A stretch of 64,000 nt of DNA from the NCBI RefSeq assembly GCF_963506605.1, contig NC_083282.1, forward strand, positions 83,824,001 to 83,888,000. Direction: 5' to 3'. The notes under the pieces are model-generated. The model saw only the letters and a list, made by a program, of their open reading frames with translations. It was not told the origin of the DNA and made no database searches. The position numbers and the translations under genes are program-made. Shown here one piece after another: positions 1 to 12,757 of this stretch; position 1 is the stretch's first letter, and each line of letters opens with the position of its first letter. This stretch comes from Zootoca vivipara. Taxonomy: Eukaryota.

Positions 1-779
1 GGCAAAAAGGCCGAGAGTCACTGCCTTGGGCAAAGTGAGGTGGCTACCTTGGGAAGGAGATGCTGGAATGGGGGGGCAGTGGGAGCCCCCTGGCATTTTC
101 TCCTGAACCCCCTGCCCTGCCTCTCTGCAGGAGGCATGAGCCTCTGGTCTGCTGCCCTCGAGTGGGGTGGAGGACACACACACTGCCTGCCCCCACTCCC
201 AAGGCAGACAGAAGAGTTAACTTCCAATCCAGTAGGCCTCTGGAGTGGCCAGTGCTTGGGCGAGTATCTTCTTGGCCTCAGACAGCATGATGTCTCCGGC
301 CAGCTGGCTGGGGATAGCAACCTTTTTCTCCCATATCCAAACACAGGAGCCATGGCAGAACATGCAGGTGCCAGGTCATATTCACTCTGGCATTTCCAGC
401 CAGGGTTGGGAGAGACCTCAGTCTGAACAACTGGAGAGCTGCTGCCAGCCAGTGCAGGCAACACTGGTGGCCCAATGGTCTGACTCAGCATGTCAGCTTT
501 CTATAAAGTTACCTTATACAGTGAGATCATTGCTTCATCTGGGTTTCAAGTTTCACCTAGGGATTTTTCTGAGCCCTGCCTGGAGAAAACAGAGACTTTC
601 TGCATGTGCTCCACGCACTGAGCAACACCAGGCAAAAACAATCAAACAAACAAAAAACATTACCCACCAAAGCCATGCCTTTCCCCCATGGAAATAGGGT
701 GCTATTTCAGCTTTGCACCCTCCTTCTGCAGCTCAGGGTGGCTTGCAAGAATTTAATTTCATCCTCCAAACAGCCCTGC

Positions 780-1800
780 GAGGTAGGCTCGCACCCCAAG
801 GCCGTGCTTGTGGGGCAAGCAGAAGAATCTCAGCCCAGCTGCCCCCGTTCCGAGTCCAAACACGCCGCTTCTGCCTGCGCCACCAACTTGCACGGACCAA
901 GGGCGGTCTTTGAACCACCAGCTGGGGGCCGCCGGGATCTGCTCCTGCCGCGGCTGCAGCTCGCCTGCTGCCGGCCGGTTGTTTCTCAAGCGGCGTCCGG
1001 GAAACCGCGCCAGCTGCAGCAGCAACAGAATCCCGGGGACTCCGCGGGGAACCCAGCAAATCCCCGCAGGGCTCTCGGGCAACGCGGGGTCTCGGCCGGT
1101 TCGTTGGGCGCAGCAGAAAGGAGAGCCGTCGGAGATCCCGGGCTGCAGCGAACAGCTCCCTGCCTGTAGGGAATCGCCGGAGGAGAGAAGTAGCTCCCCC
1201 AATTCTGGACGCTTAGCGAAGGCCATGCACTTTCCCACATGCTCAAGCCACCTCCCCTGCTAATGCGCATCCATGCTCCCACCCCGCCACTCCCAGGGAC
1301 GAGGGCGCTCTTACCGGACGGCGTAGGGCCTGGCAATCCTCGGCTTGTAGCAACTCCGCCCGGCCTTGGCGTCGAGGAGCGGCAGCAGGAGGACAAGCGC
1401 CAGGCGGAGGCAGCGCCCGGCCATGGTCCCGGCTCGGCTGTCCCTCGGGGCGACGGCGGCTCTTTGCGTCTCGTCCTGCTCCGTCGAACTTAAGCTGCGC
1501 CCCGGCCGGCCAGACGGCTGCTGCGGATCGCGGTGGGAGCCGGAAACGCGCGGGGCCGGTTGGGTGGAGGAGCTGAGGCGAAGTTCGCGCCTTATAACCC
1601 GCGCGACTGGTTCGCTCAGGGTTACGAAACAAGGGGTTGGCCATCTGATAAGAGCTGCCGTCGAGGGAGGGAGGAAGAGTTAAACGCCGCCGCCCTCGGG
1701 AGGTTCACCTGCGCATCTCGGGGCTTTCATCGGGGGAGGCATCACCGCCAGACTCACCATCAAATCTCGGCTGACACCAGTTCATTCAAGCCCGTGGATT
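780..1800 (-). promoter_or_regulatory. CpG island/promoter of the CTSZ-like paralog
   Basis: Dense CpG and high GC. Minus-strand TTATAAGG TATA-like box at ~1590-1597, about 170 nt upstream of the ATG; CTGATAAG GATA motif at ~1645-1652. Confidence 0.65.
1315..1424 (-). CDS. Cathepsin Z-like paralog, first coding exon (signal peptide + propeptide); the remaining exons would lie left of the window
   Basis: ATG at 1424 in a strong Kozak context (gggaccATGg). Translation MAGRCLRLALVLLLPLLDAKAGRSCYKPRIARPYAVR has a hydrophobic signal peptide and the SC(Y/H)KP motif also seen in CTSZ exon 1 at 12618-12757. It ends at a phase-2 GTAAGA donor, the same phase as CTSZ exon 1, and lies in a CpG island. 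Confidence 0.75.
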
Positions 1801-3271
1801 GCAGGAGGTTGGGCTAGAGCTAGATGATCCGCGGGGACCCCTCCCCAACTTGCAAGTTTAAAAAACACACACACACAAACCCGGAATGCCCAAGCGCCTC
1901 TCCAGTGCGTAACACAGAGACCATGGTTTCTTGGCATGGGCACATTTTATAGGGCTTAAGGTCTGGGTTTTCCTTTGTTTTTTCGCAGCACGGCTCGTTG
2001 CATGTTAATTTACCCGCACGTCCCTCTCGATCTAAACACCCGACAATGGGCATTTTTGATCCTGGCAAACGGCGGGGCGGAGCAATAGAAAACAGACACA
2101 TCTGCCTACGCACCATGCATTTAAAGCGCGCACACGCCCCGGTACAGTAATCATGAGAACTGTAGTTAAAGGGGCCAGGAATTGCTTCCCCGTGACGGAT
2201 AAGGTGTTGCTCCCGGCATTTGCGGTGTGTGTGTGTGTGTGCGTTTCTTTTAAATATATGCCGCCTGTGCAGCAATAATAATAATTTGCGGCTGAATGCG
2301 TTTGATTTAGTTTCGTAATTATTTATGTATTTCCGGGCGGAGCATTAACAACAGTGCTAAATTTATCAATCCACCCTGGGCCGAGCAGTGAATCAAAGCA
2401 TTTTTGCAACTGCACCAGACAGTGCCCTTGCAGCACAGAACCCATCTGTGTCAGGCACCCAGTGTTTGTGTGGGCGATAATTGACAAATGCCCTCCTGTT
2501 TCCTTAGTCCATAGAATTGTAGAGTTGGAAGGGTCCCAAGGGTCATCTAGTCCAATCCCTTGCAATGCAGGAATATTTTTGCCCATGCTGCCAACTACCA
2601 TTGTTTGCTGGGTGTTCAATATCTGGTTTACTACACTGGTTTACTACAAAAAGAATGCTTTTTCATGTTACGTTTCATTTGGAGAGCCAGGTGTAAATGG
2701 TTTAATCAGCCCAAGGCCTGGTGATCTGGAAACATCTTGGTGCCTGAAGATACGGTAGAAATTGGAGTTCTTGGTAAAGTCCAGAAATAAACAGTAAATT
2801 GCAAGAACTCGGGCCAGACGAAAAATGGATTTCAAATATATCTTCCCAAGGTTTTATTTGTGTGATGAAGAGTTCAAATAGGAATCAATCCCAGTATAGT
2901 AGGCAAATAAAAATAAATTTCAGTAAAAAATCAGGACAAGGCCCTGTTTTGACAATTCTTCATCAGCAAAGATTCACAGGTCAGAGTGTACCAAACAGCA
3001 ATGGGGAGCCACCACAGAAATGGCCCGTTCATGTGTTGCCACCTTCCAGAGCTCACATGGAGGCGGCACACAAATGATGGTTGCAGGGTCCAGGTTGGTT
3101 CATACAGGGAGAGGCAGTCCTTGGGGCTCCTGTAGGAAATCTGGCATCGAAAAGCAGTCATTTGGGCTAGGTGTGTGTTGAGCTCCTTGGAAGGACTGCA
3201 TGAAATAAATAATCGAAAGCTAATCCAAATTCTGCCACAAGAAAACCGTATTCTGCAGCCTCTATACAATT

Positions 3272-3621
3272 AAAGGTAAAGGTACCCCTGACCATTAGGT
3301 CCAGTTGCAACCGACTCTGGGGTTGTGCGCTCATCTCGCGTTATTGGCCGAGGGAGCCGGCGTACAGCTTCCAGGTCATGTGGCCAGCATGACAAAGCCA
3401 CTTCTGGCGAACCAGAGCAGCACATGGAAACGCCTTTTACCTTCCCGCTGTAGCGGTACCTATTTATCTACTTGCACTTTGACGTGCTTTCGAACTGCTA
3501 GGTTGGCAGGAGCAGGGACCGAGCAACGGGAGCTCACCCTGTCGCGGGGATTCAAACCGCTGACCTTCTGATCGGCAAGCCCTAGGCTCTGTGGTTTAAC
3601 CCACAGTGCCACCCGCGTCCC
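3272..3621 (-). mobile_element. Sauria SINE, full length
   Basis: Minus strand starts GGGACGCGGGTGGCACTGTGGGTTAAACCAC and ends in an (ACCTTT)n tail; flanked by a tacaatt target-site duplication; near-identical to the copies at 29676 and 35898. Confidence 0.9.
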
Positions 3622-3674
3622 TTACAATTGTAGATAACATGCACCTAATTTTCCCTATAATTAAATCAGTGTAG

Positions 3675-3794
3675 TCATAGAATTGTAGTTCAACCCCCCG
3701 CAATGCAGGAATATGCAGCTGTCCCGTACAGGGATCAAACCTGCAACCTTCACATTATCAGCACCACGCTCTAACCGACTGAGCTATCCTGGCC
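3675..3794 (-). mobile_element. Short SINE with a tRNA-Ile-like head and CR1-like tail
   Basis: Minus strand GGCCAGGATAGCTCAGTCGGTTAGAGCGTGGTGCTGATAA...GGTTTGATCCC followed by ...GCATTGCGGGGGGTTG...ATTCTATG. Related copies at ~17700-18053 and ~31694-31822. Confidence 0.7.
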
Positions 3795-6267
3795 TCAGTA
3801 TCCAGCAGCGTTTACCATTTTCATTATTTAATCTTGAGTTGTCTGTTGAACCTTGATGACTAACCCAGTCAGGTTCTGTCCAGTGTTGGCCATGCAACAT
3901 GTCTATTAAACATAGTTTTTTATTGCACACACATAGTACAGACCTGCAAATATAGAGCCCTTGCAAAGGTGGTGTTTACGTGTTTATACAGACAAAGGGA
4001 AAGTCCCTACTGTGTTTGCCAGTATATAGATTTGTAAAAGGTTGGTTTATTCAACTGCTGCATTTATCAGAAGAAGAAAAAAAATCTGTGGTGTCTGCCT
4101 CTTGCATTTTTGTTTCTGGCTATGTTGGTCTTGGTCTAGATTTTGTAATGCCCTTTTTGTTTTGTTTTTTGATGGGTTATGTATGTTACACAGGTTTATA
4201 TAATTACAGACTTGCAGCAAGATTCCTCCTAGTGCCTGAGGATGTCAGATACTGACATGTATGGTACACATGTGAGGGTGCAAAACGTGCCCTTTTTAAT
4301 TTTCAATATCGTCATGAGTGTACAAATTTTGTTATTAGTTACAATTTGTAAAAATTAAAAAAATAGCACACTGAAAAAAGAAGACCGTGGACTATAATTT
4401 TATATCAGTAGCACAGGCCTCTGGCTCTTTCCCCTCCATTCCCATCTCTGGGATGTTTCAGCAGAAAAACACTGTCCCTAAGTTTGTCACTTAAAACAAG
4501 AGTGCCGGCTTCTTATGCACTGGCACCAACCTTTCTTTGTAGAGGCATATGGCTACAATGGCACGGCTGCAGCAACTCACAGAATAGGCAAAGGCTGTAG
4601 AGCACCTTGTACACAGAAGAGGGAAAGGTTAGACAGGGGGAAGCAAATTCTTTGGGCCCGGGGTCACATCTGGAATCTTGATAAAGTGCCGTGGGTGTCC
4701 ACAGGGCATGGAATGGCACAAAAATGGCCGCTCCTTCGAAAAGAGCAGGAACAGAGCTAGGGGAGCCATGGTGCAGGCCTTTCACCCTCCCCAATCAATT
4801 TATTTTTTTTAAAGGCACCTACATTAGCCATTGCCACACACACTCAGGGTGTCCTTTGCTCCTTTCAGGACAGAAGGGAGGGTGGGTGGGTGCCAAGTCG
4901 TAGGACCCAATGAAATGTGGGCATGTTTAAGGGGGCATGCTCAATGTTGGAAAGACTCAGCCAGTGCAAACAGGAGATGAGCGGCAAGAGCAAGCAGGCT
5001 CTCACCGAGGGAGTTTAAAAGGAATATTTTCCGAGATCTTTTGTGGGCTCTGCAAGAGGCATCATGTTGCCACCTTCCAAATTAGACAGTGTTAGAACAA
5101 GCCACGTTCAAATCCCCATTCGTGCATGAAGCTCCCTGGGCGACTTGAGGCAGGTCTCATTTTTCTCAGCCTTGTCTCCCTCACAAGATTGTTGTTGAGC
5201 AATCCCCGCCCCCCAGTATTGAGCATTCCTGAAGGAATTATCCCTGAATGTGGAAAAAGCAGTTTTCAGATTTAAAAACACGTGTCTCACACACAGTAAA
5301 CAGTTCAATAGCCAAAAATCCTATATTATCTTGCATAGAATTCTCCAACTGGTCTGCTCCCAACTGCTGCACGATTTCTCTCCACCCCCGAAAAAAGGAA
5401 AGCAATGCCTTCTATTCACCAATACTTAGCTGTGACTCAATGGGCATTGAGGCTCAAGCTGCGTTTTAATGGGGCTTTGAACTGAAATGTGATACTGGAT
5501 GCACAATAGCAACCAACCCATATAGTGGGCTGCGTTTAAACTGAATGCATAGATTTCCCTGGACTGTGCATCTCCAGTATGCCAATGCTACATGGGGTGC
5601 CATGCTTGCAGAGCCTGAATGCAAGGATCAGGGATATTAGCCTCATTCTGAGGTTCTCCAGGGAACAGAATTAAGTAGCAGGGAGAGGAGCTGGAAATCA
5701 AGGGCTACACGGTCAAACGCAGCCTTCCAGAGGCAAGTGGTGGTTGGGGCCAGAGTCAAAAGTGGCTGGAGCAACAGAGGCAACTCTTGCAATGCACAGC
5801 AAGAAATGGCGCCAGTAAGCCTGCATTGAAGGCAACGAGTAATGACAGGCTCTGCCCCCTTCCCTGCTATGCTCTCCCTTTCAGCTCCCAAACTCTGTGT
5901 CCAGAAATAGAGGCAATCTGATTTAAAGTAGGCACTGGCTGCATGGAAACACTATTAAGGTATTTTGGGTATTTTGGAGGTCCAGCATTTTGCTTAACAC
6001 AAAGACTCAGCCCACTTTAGCTGGATGGGGATCCATACGTCACATACACCGCAAAGCCTTTTCCACCTACATCATCATAACTTAGGAAAGCTTCCAAGCA
6101 GGAAAAAAAGCTGTTTCTCTCCCCCCCCCCCCTTGCTGGAGAAGTTATATGCAAACAAGCAGCGTGATCTCTTTCCCTTTCACGAGAAGGAGGGAAATCT
6201 TGCTGGGATATACATTTCGTTTCAAAATCAGGAGTGCAAACAAGGGCTCTGTGATCCATTGCAGAAT

Positions 6268-9200
6268 TCAAGAAAGTACGGCGTCTCCATAAGCACAGTC
6301 TTCTTCCACAGCCAGGTTATAGTGCCCTCCGCTGCCTCCTTTATAGGCACTCGTAACAATTCTGAGCCAGCCGTTCTCACCCTGCAAGATGGGAAACTGC
6401 ATTAGTCATGGGCTCAAGTGACACTTTTGCTGCTGCTGCTGCTGCTGCTACACTGAAAACCCTCACCCAACAAAAACTGATTGTGTACACGTTGGAAGGA
6501 ATGAGGGCAATTGTCTTGGATCTGCCCCAGGGCATGCAGGAGGGGGTAATGTAGGATTAGGCAACCTGTGGCTCTCTGGATGTTGTTGGGATGCCCATCA
6601 GCCCCAGTGATCAAGGATGATGGGAGTTGTGATCCAACAACCTTTGGAAACCTCTGGTGCAGTGGGATATTTGGGTGTTGCAGGCAAGGTAAGGCACGAC
6701 AGACACACAACTATTTATTTACCTGCCAGAGGGAAGGAAGGAAAAGGTGGGCTAAAGTCCCAAAATCCACACACACCCCTGAAATGGCCTGGTCTATTGC
6801 TAAAACACAAACACCCTTCTAATGCCTCTGGCTTACCAGGCACCACACCATTTCCTGATCCCTAAATGGACACAATCCATTGGGGTTTTTAATCAGCTCT
6901 GGTGGTCTTGCACCTAAACACTCCCAGGCAAGTGATCCTGTGGCATTCAGAAGAAGATTCTCACACGTGGGAGCGGGTACAGATTTCTGGACCAAACTCC
7001 AAGTGCTTATACAGTAGTTGCAAAACACATTGCCAATCTTTGTACAAGTAGGGTTTGCTCTTGGGGCCTGCCAGAAAGCTGTAATAAAATATGAAGGGCT
7101 AAATTCCTTCCTATTAAAGCAGGAGTGGGGAATCTNNNNNNNNNNNNNNNNNNNNNNNNNNNNNNNNNNNNNNNNNNNNNNNNNNNNNNNNNNNNNNNNN
7201 NNNNNNNNNNNNNNNNNNNNNNNNNNNNNNNNNNNNNNNNNNNNNNNNNNNNNNNNNNNNNNNNNNNNNNNNNNNNNNNNNNNNNNNNNNNNNNNNNNNN
7301 NNNNNNNNNNNNNNNNNNNNNNNNNNNNNNNNCTCTGTCCTTCCTACCCATGGCTGTCCCCAAGAGTTCCGGACGATCCAGTATTCAGTTCCATTTTCTA
7401 TGCCCCAGCCAGCAATAGAAATTATGTGGTTTATTACGGGAAGGGCGCTGTATTCTTTATAAATTCCTCCAGTGTATGCTTCCAGCTTCGAAGTGGCCAT
7501 GATCCCACAGCTGTTTTAAAGAATAACAGAACAATGACATCAAAGTAGCCTTAAGACGCTACAGTATTGATAAGTTGAAACTTTCAATGCCCACTCTAGG
7601 TAGCACCGCAAAAGTCATAACCTGCTTCAAGAGCTTCAAGCTTTATCTCATGAGCAAAGACCAGCCAGATGGGTGGGGGGTATAAATAATGAAATTATTA
7701 TCAATAATATTTTTAAATAGAAAGCTGCTGTGGGAAGGAGCAGAGGTTATTTTAACTTGCCCCTTGGTAGGTTGGAGCCATAATCGCCTAGGCCTTTTCT
7801 TGAAGCTTCATCCTTTACTCCTGCCAGTGAAACAAACAAGCTTTGTAAGTAATATCAAAGCTGCTTCCCGGTGCACCCCGAAGTCAGCTTCCACCTTTAG
7901 CATCTCTTCTAGGAGGACAAAACTTATTGTTCTGTTAGCTAGTCACCTGCTGCCACATAATCAACAAATTGAGGCCACTAAATCAATTGGACAATGTACT
8001 GAATCAATGGACAAATTACTTGGTCCAATCACTTGACAAATCACTGTATCAATGAACAAATCAACTGGTCACATCCACCCCATAAATTTAAAGCACATAG
8101 CTTCCTTCAAAGAATCTTGGGAGTGGGAGTTTACTCTTTGCAGGGCTACAATTCACAGCACCCTTGATGAACTACAGTTCCCAGAATTCTTTGGGGGCAA
8201 GTCCTGTGCTTTAAATGTATGGGGTGGGTGGGTGTGCCAGTTTCTTCTGAAGCATAACGAAAGTTCTCAATTGGCACTGGCTTAATAAAGTATAACATAA
8301 ATGTGGCAAATTCCAAAACCAGATGAACAGAGCCACCGGTCTTTCTTGCACCACTGCAATAGGCTATTTGAAATAACTGCAATTATTTGCATGCTTTCAT
8401 GTGTTACTACCCAGACACTGGCCACAAACGTTTAGTTTCTGTACCTGACGGGTCCATTTGCATAGACTTCTGCCATGATTTTCTCTCGCCCACTGACATT
8501 TCCATAATCTCCAACTTTCCACAAGGTGTAATTCTGTAGCGCTTGGCATTTACCAAAAGTAATGCAGGTCCCGCACTGGTTAAACTTCTTGCATTCTGAA
8601 AAATGAACAGGCGCATTTAACTGAAAGAAACTTTCCTTTCATCCAGTGGTTATAAACAATGAAATGAAGGGTGGACTCGAACGTAGTGCTCAGCGAACAT
8701 TCCTTCACCGCAATGAGTTCTCTTTGCACAATGGAGCAAGCTCCCCCTCTCCTCCTTGCCACCACACCCCCCCAAAATCTGTTATAGGACTTGTCCCCCG
8801 TCCCCCCCAATGTCCTGGAACAGAATTGGGGAGGGCACAGGGTAAGTGCAATGGAGGAGAGGGAAGGAAGTCTTATTTCACAAGCAGAAATCTGTGCACC
8901 AACAGTTTGCATTAGGGTTTCACCATATCCCCTTAACACACTGCTTGCGAGAAAAGGGGAAATGTGTAAAAAACAAAAACAAAACAGAGTTTTTTGACCA
9001 AGTTGCAGACTAGAAGAGATTGGAGGAGATAGCGAGTAGTTTGGGGGGAGGGGGTTGAGAGAGAAAAACGCTATTGAAGATAGGAACATTGCACTGTATG
9101 TTTGCTGCCAGAGGCAGAGTAGCAAACGGTATGCCCATCAATTAAAAAAATTCGACGTGGCGCAAACAAATTTCTATTCTGAAAGTGTGGCCCAGAGATA

Positions 9201-12200
9201 AAAGTTTGAGAACCACCGAGCTAGATAAGCAGGTAAGATAAACTCACGTTGATCTTTAGCTTGGTAGTTGTTGCAGGTCTCATCTGGGATGCCGTGCTCA
9301 TTAGCATATTCCCATACTGCCCTGTGGTCTCCCCCATGGCAGCTGCCAGCATTGGCGCAGTCGAGAACATGCTGGACCGACAGGTATGCAGAGGGCCAAG
9401 CAGCTTTCCTCTTTATGTTGATGCGATCTGGGGGACGACAAACCAGCAATTGGTGGAAGACAGGTTTTTTTTAATCAACTACCTTTTATTGAATTTAAAG
9501 AATAAACAGATTCGCAACATTTGGTTCCTCCCACTGTAGCGGAACTCAAACATAACCCGTTGATACAAATTACAAAAGAAACAAAGGTTGCTTGGTTACA
9601 TTTTTTAAAAAAGAAATAAACATCATTCCACACTTCCTCGTGAGTTTCTGGTGGTTTGTAAGCGTGTTCCCCCCCCTTTTTTTGAAGCGCATGTAACAAA
9701 ATTAAACCTGGTGTTGGAAAAACCCTTAAATGTCTTGTGTCATTTTCTTTCATGAACCTTGCTAGTCAATTTCTCCATTAATATTAAGCCCCAAACATAC
9801 AAACTGAAGATCACAGAGGGTTGTGTCCAGAGATCTCCAGTATTTAAACCCTACCAGGCATAACGCCATCATGAGTAAGACAAGTTTTTTGGGCTTGGGG
9901 GCACATAAGGACATTTTTGCAGCTTCCTGTGGGCAACGCAGAATACTCTTTTGACAGGAGGAAAAAACTGGCAGGGGTGGGAATCTCCTCTGAAGGTGCA
10001 CACTGGGGAACCCAGATATATCCTGTATATATAGGGACCTGCAGCATTCTATAGTTCAGAGAACATTTTAAGTTAACCAATAGAACAACTGAGCCCTGCG
10101 ACAAAACGTTGTAGCCTGGAATGTTTATCCTCAAAGTTCCAGCCAGCCAGTCAGCTATGGCTAACCTCCAGAATATTTCATTTAATTCCCCTTCCCAGGT
10201 TTTTCTGCTTCATCTCCCTTACCCAACTTGGGTGTCCTCCATGAGTTTTGGACTACAACACTCACCATCCCTCGTTATCGTCTGATATGCTGATTGAAGG
10301 CATAGTAGAAAAAGTGGAAAATATTTGGAAGGTACCAAGCTGGGGAAGGCTGATCTATAGGGGGGAGGCGCATTTTTGACTGCCTCATTGTGGTTTGCAG
10401 AAGCGGAACAAACCACAGTTCCTGGTTGAGACACAGCATTGCGCCAGTGATCATGGTTTGTTTTCCCCGCAAGGAGAAGACAAACATCTCAGAAGGGTTC
10501 TAGTTACAGGTAGGTAGCCGTGTTGGTCTGCCGTAGTCGAAACAAAATAATTTTTCCCCTTCCAGTAGTACCTTATAGAGTGACCAACTAAGTTTGTCAT
10601 TGGTATCAGATACGAAGAAGTGTGCATGCACACAAAAGCTCATACCAATTATAAACTTAGTTGGTCTCTAAGATGCTACTGGAAGGGGAAAAAAATATTT
10701 TATCTCAGAAGGGGGAATGCATGGTAAACCATTAACTAGGTTAGCAATTAACCATTAAACCTAGATTAAATAAGAAGGAAAACAACAAGGTTATGGAATA
10801 AGATATGGACACCGGGCGGGAAAGAATTGCAGCGTAAAAAGAGGGCCAGAGGCCTTCTGAGTCTGGAGCATGGGAAGTCGATAAATTTGTATAATTTGGC
10901 AGAAGATTTGGAAAAATGTTCAATTGATTTTTTATAATTTGTATAATTGGAAGATGGATTAGGTATTTAAATTGGAAAATCTAATAAAAATGTTTATAGA
11001 AATAAACCTGGATTAAATAAGTGGGATGGGGGTTTAATATGGGCTGGCTTTCCGATGAGAGCAACGTCACGTGGATGTTGCACAATACTTGATTGCTCCA
11101 AACACCATGATAGATGGCCACGTGAAAGCACCCTCTCTGTACTTGATGTGGGAATGGATAAAGGATGCCCACCAGATGCCCTGCCAACCATCCCATGCAC
11201 CTCCATACCTGCAAAGGCGCTGGTGCTGCCATGAGCCCAACACGACCCACAGTACTGTGGGATGTGCTGGTTGCGTGTGGCACTCACATAGTTGACTCCA
11301 TTTATGTTTCTCCAGTCCCAGCTCTTGGGTAGTTTTGAGATGTCCAAGTTTTCATGGGGACGAGGGTAGGTTCTGTTGGAGAATGGGGAGAGGACAGAAG
11401 AAAGCAGGTGACTGTTTCCCCCCCCCCTTTATCTGAGAAGGGGTGTCAGCCGGAAAATCCTCCACTGCTTTGTCATTATTCCCTCCATCTTTCTGCTGGG
11501 CAGTCACACGGCAGCTGCTAGCAACAAACTTCCTCAAAACAGACATGCTAACCAGTCTCGAGCACTTAATGCAGCCTCTTGCCATCTTATGGGAGCAACA
11601 GCATTAAGAAGTAAACCCTGGAGCAGTGACTTGTGAGCTGCAGGGTGGAATTTAAGATACATCTCCCAGCTTTTGCAGTTGGAACATGGGAAGCTGTCAG
11701 GCCATCTAGCACTGTCTGCACTGACTGGCAGCAGCTCTCCAAAGGTTCAGGCAGGAGTCAGTTTCCCAGCCCTACCTTGAGATGCCGGGGATTGGAACCT
11801 GGAACCCTCTGGCTCCAAAGTAGGTAATCTATGGTCCTCCCCAAAGTTAGGGCTCTAAGAAAAGACCCACCAAACTGAAAGCAAGCCCCCACCCCAAATG
11901 TGCATTATTGTGTAGCCTGCCCAGGCATTTTAATTTTAATTTATTTCCCACTTTTCTTCCAAAGAGCTTAAGGTGGCACCCATGGCTCTCACTCCCTCCA
12001 TTTTATCCTCAGAACAACCCTGTGAGGCAGCTCTGCTAGAAACTGTGCCTGGACCAAGGTCACCCAGCAAGATTCATAGTTGTGTGGAGACTTGAACCCT
12101 GGTCTCCCAAGTACTACGGTAGTTGGACACGCTTAACCCCTACACCAGTGATTCCCAATTAGCTAAGTATGGCATATCCTTTGTTTTTGAAAAGCCAAAA

Positions 12201-12757
12201 CATGAACCCCCTACTTTTGAAAATTTGGATATCGCTATTGTAGTTTTTGTTATGTGAGTGGTGCCGCAGACTGGACTGTCTGGGGTCTGCTGACCACAAA
12301 TTGGGAAGTACTGCGCTACACCACATCTCCTGTCTGTTAAAGCCACAGACAGGCTGCAGAACCAGGAGACCGCAGGACCTCCGTGGAAAGGAAATAGGAC
12401 AAATTCATAGAGGCTATTTGCTTGGCTCTATATGTGACAGCGATATGCTACTACCCCGCATTTCTTTATGTAAGGCCAGACAAAAGAAGAGCGCTCCAAG
12501 GCGCGTTTGGCGTCCTGTCGCGCCCTCAAGCGCCGCAACAGCGTCTCCAAATCTGGCCAGCGCCTCTCCAACCCGGCAGGATGGAGATCCGGGTTCGGAA
12601 GACGACTGGGCGCTTACCTGATCCCCGGAGGTCTCTTGGCCATCGGCTTGTGGCAGCTCTGCCCTTCCTTGAAGTAGACGCCGGCTACGGACGCCGCGCA
12701 CAGGAGGGCGCCAGCGGCGAGCGCCAGGAGGAGGAGGAGGCGCCCAGGCGGGGTCAT
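6268..12757 (-). CDS. CTSZ: Cathepsin Z (cathepsin X), 6 coding exons, 303 aa
   Basis: Exons 12757-12618, 11372-11209, 9427-9248, 8595-8445, 7510-7348, 6381-6268; all GT-AG, 912 nt in frame. Motifs: [17 protein letters not shown] (HIP mini-loop and catalytic Cys), INH (catalytic His), YWIVRNSWG (catalytic Asn); ends ...AYGDAVLS*. Confidence 0.97.
7136..7332. other. Assembly gap (197 N) in CTSZ intron 5
   Basis: Run of n characters. Confidence 1.
10498..10701. mobile_element. Penelope-like element terminal fragment with inverted repeat
   Basis: gtagccgtgttggtctg...ccagtag...gaccaactaagttt motif; arms ~10554-10606 and ~10642-10690 are reverse complements; flanked by the direct repeat atctcagaaggg. 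Confidence 0.7.

Noticed and set aside
278-475. Possible degenerate exon 2 of the CTSZ paralog
   Set aside because: Only faint nucleotide resemblance; no WDWR or CGSCW motif in any frame.
606-1817. Many overlapping 100-190-aa ORFs in the left CpG island (likewise at 12.2-13.4, 30.3-31.2 and 49.5-50.3 kb)
   Set aside because: Expected by chance in GC-rich, stop-poor DNA; no recognisable domains.
3720-3794. Functional tRNA-Ile gene
   Set aside because: Mismatched stems, fusion to a CR1-like tail and repeated diverged copies indicate a SINE.
7007-7548. Long ORFs containing X runs
   Set aside because: Artefacts of the N gap; only 7510-7348 is a real exon.
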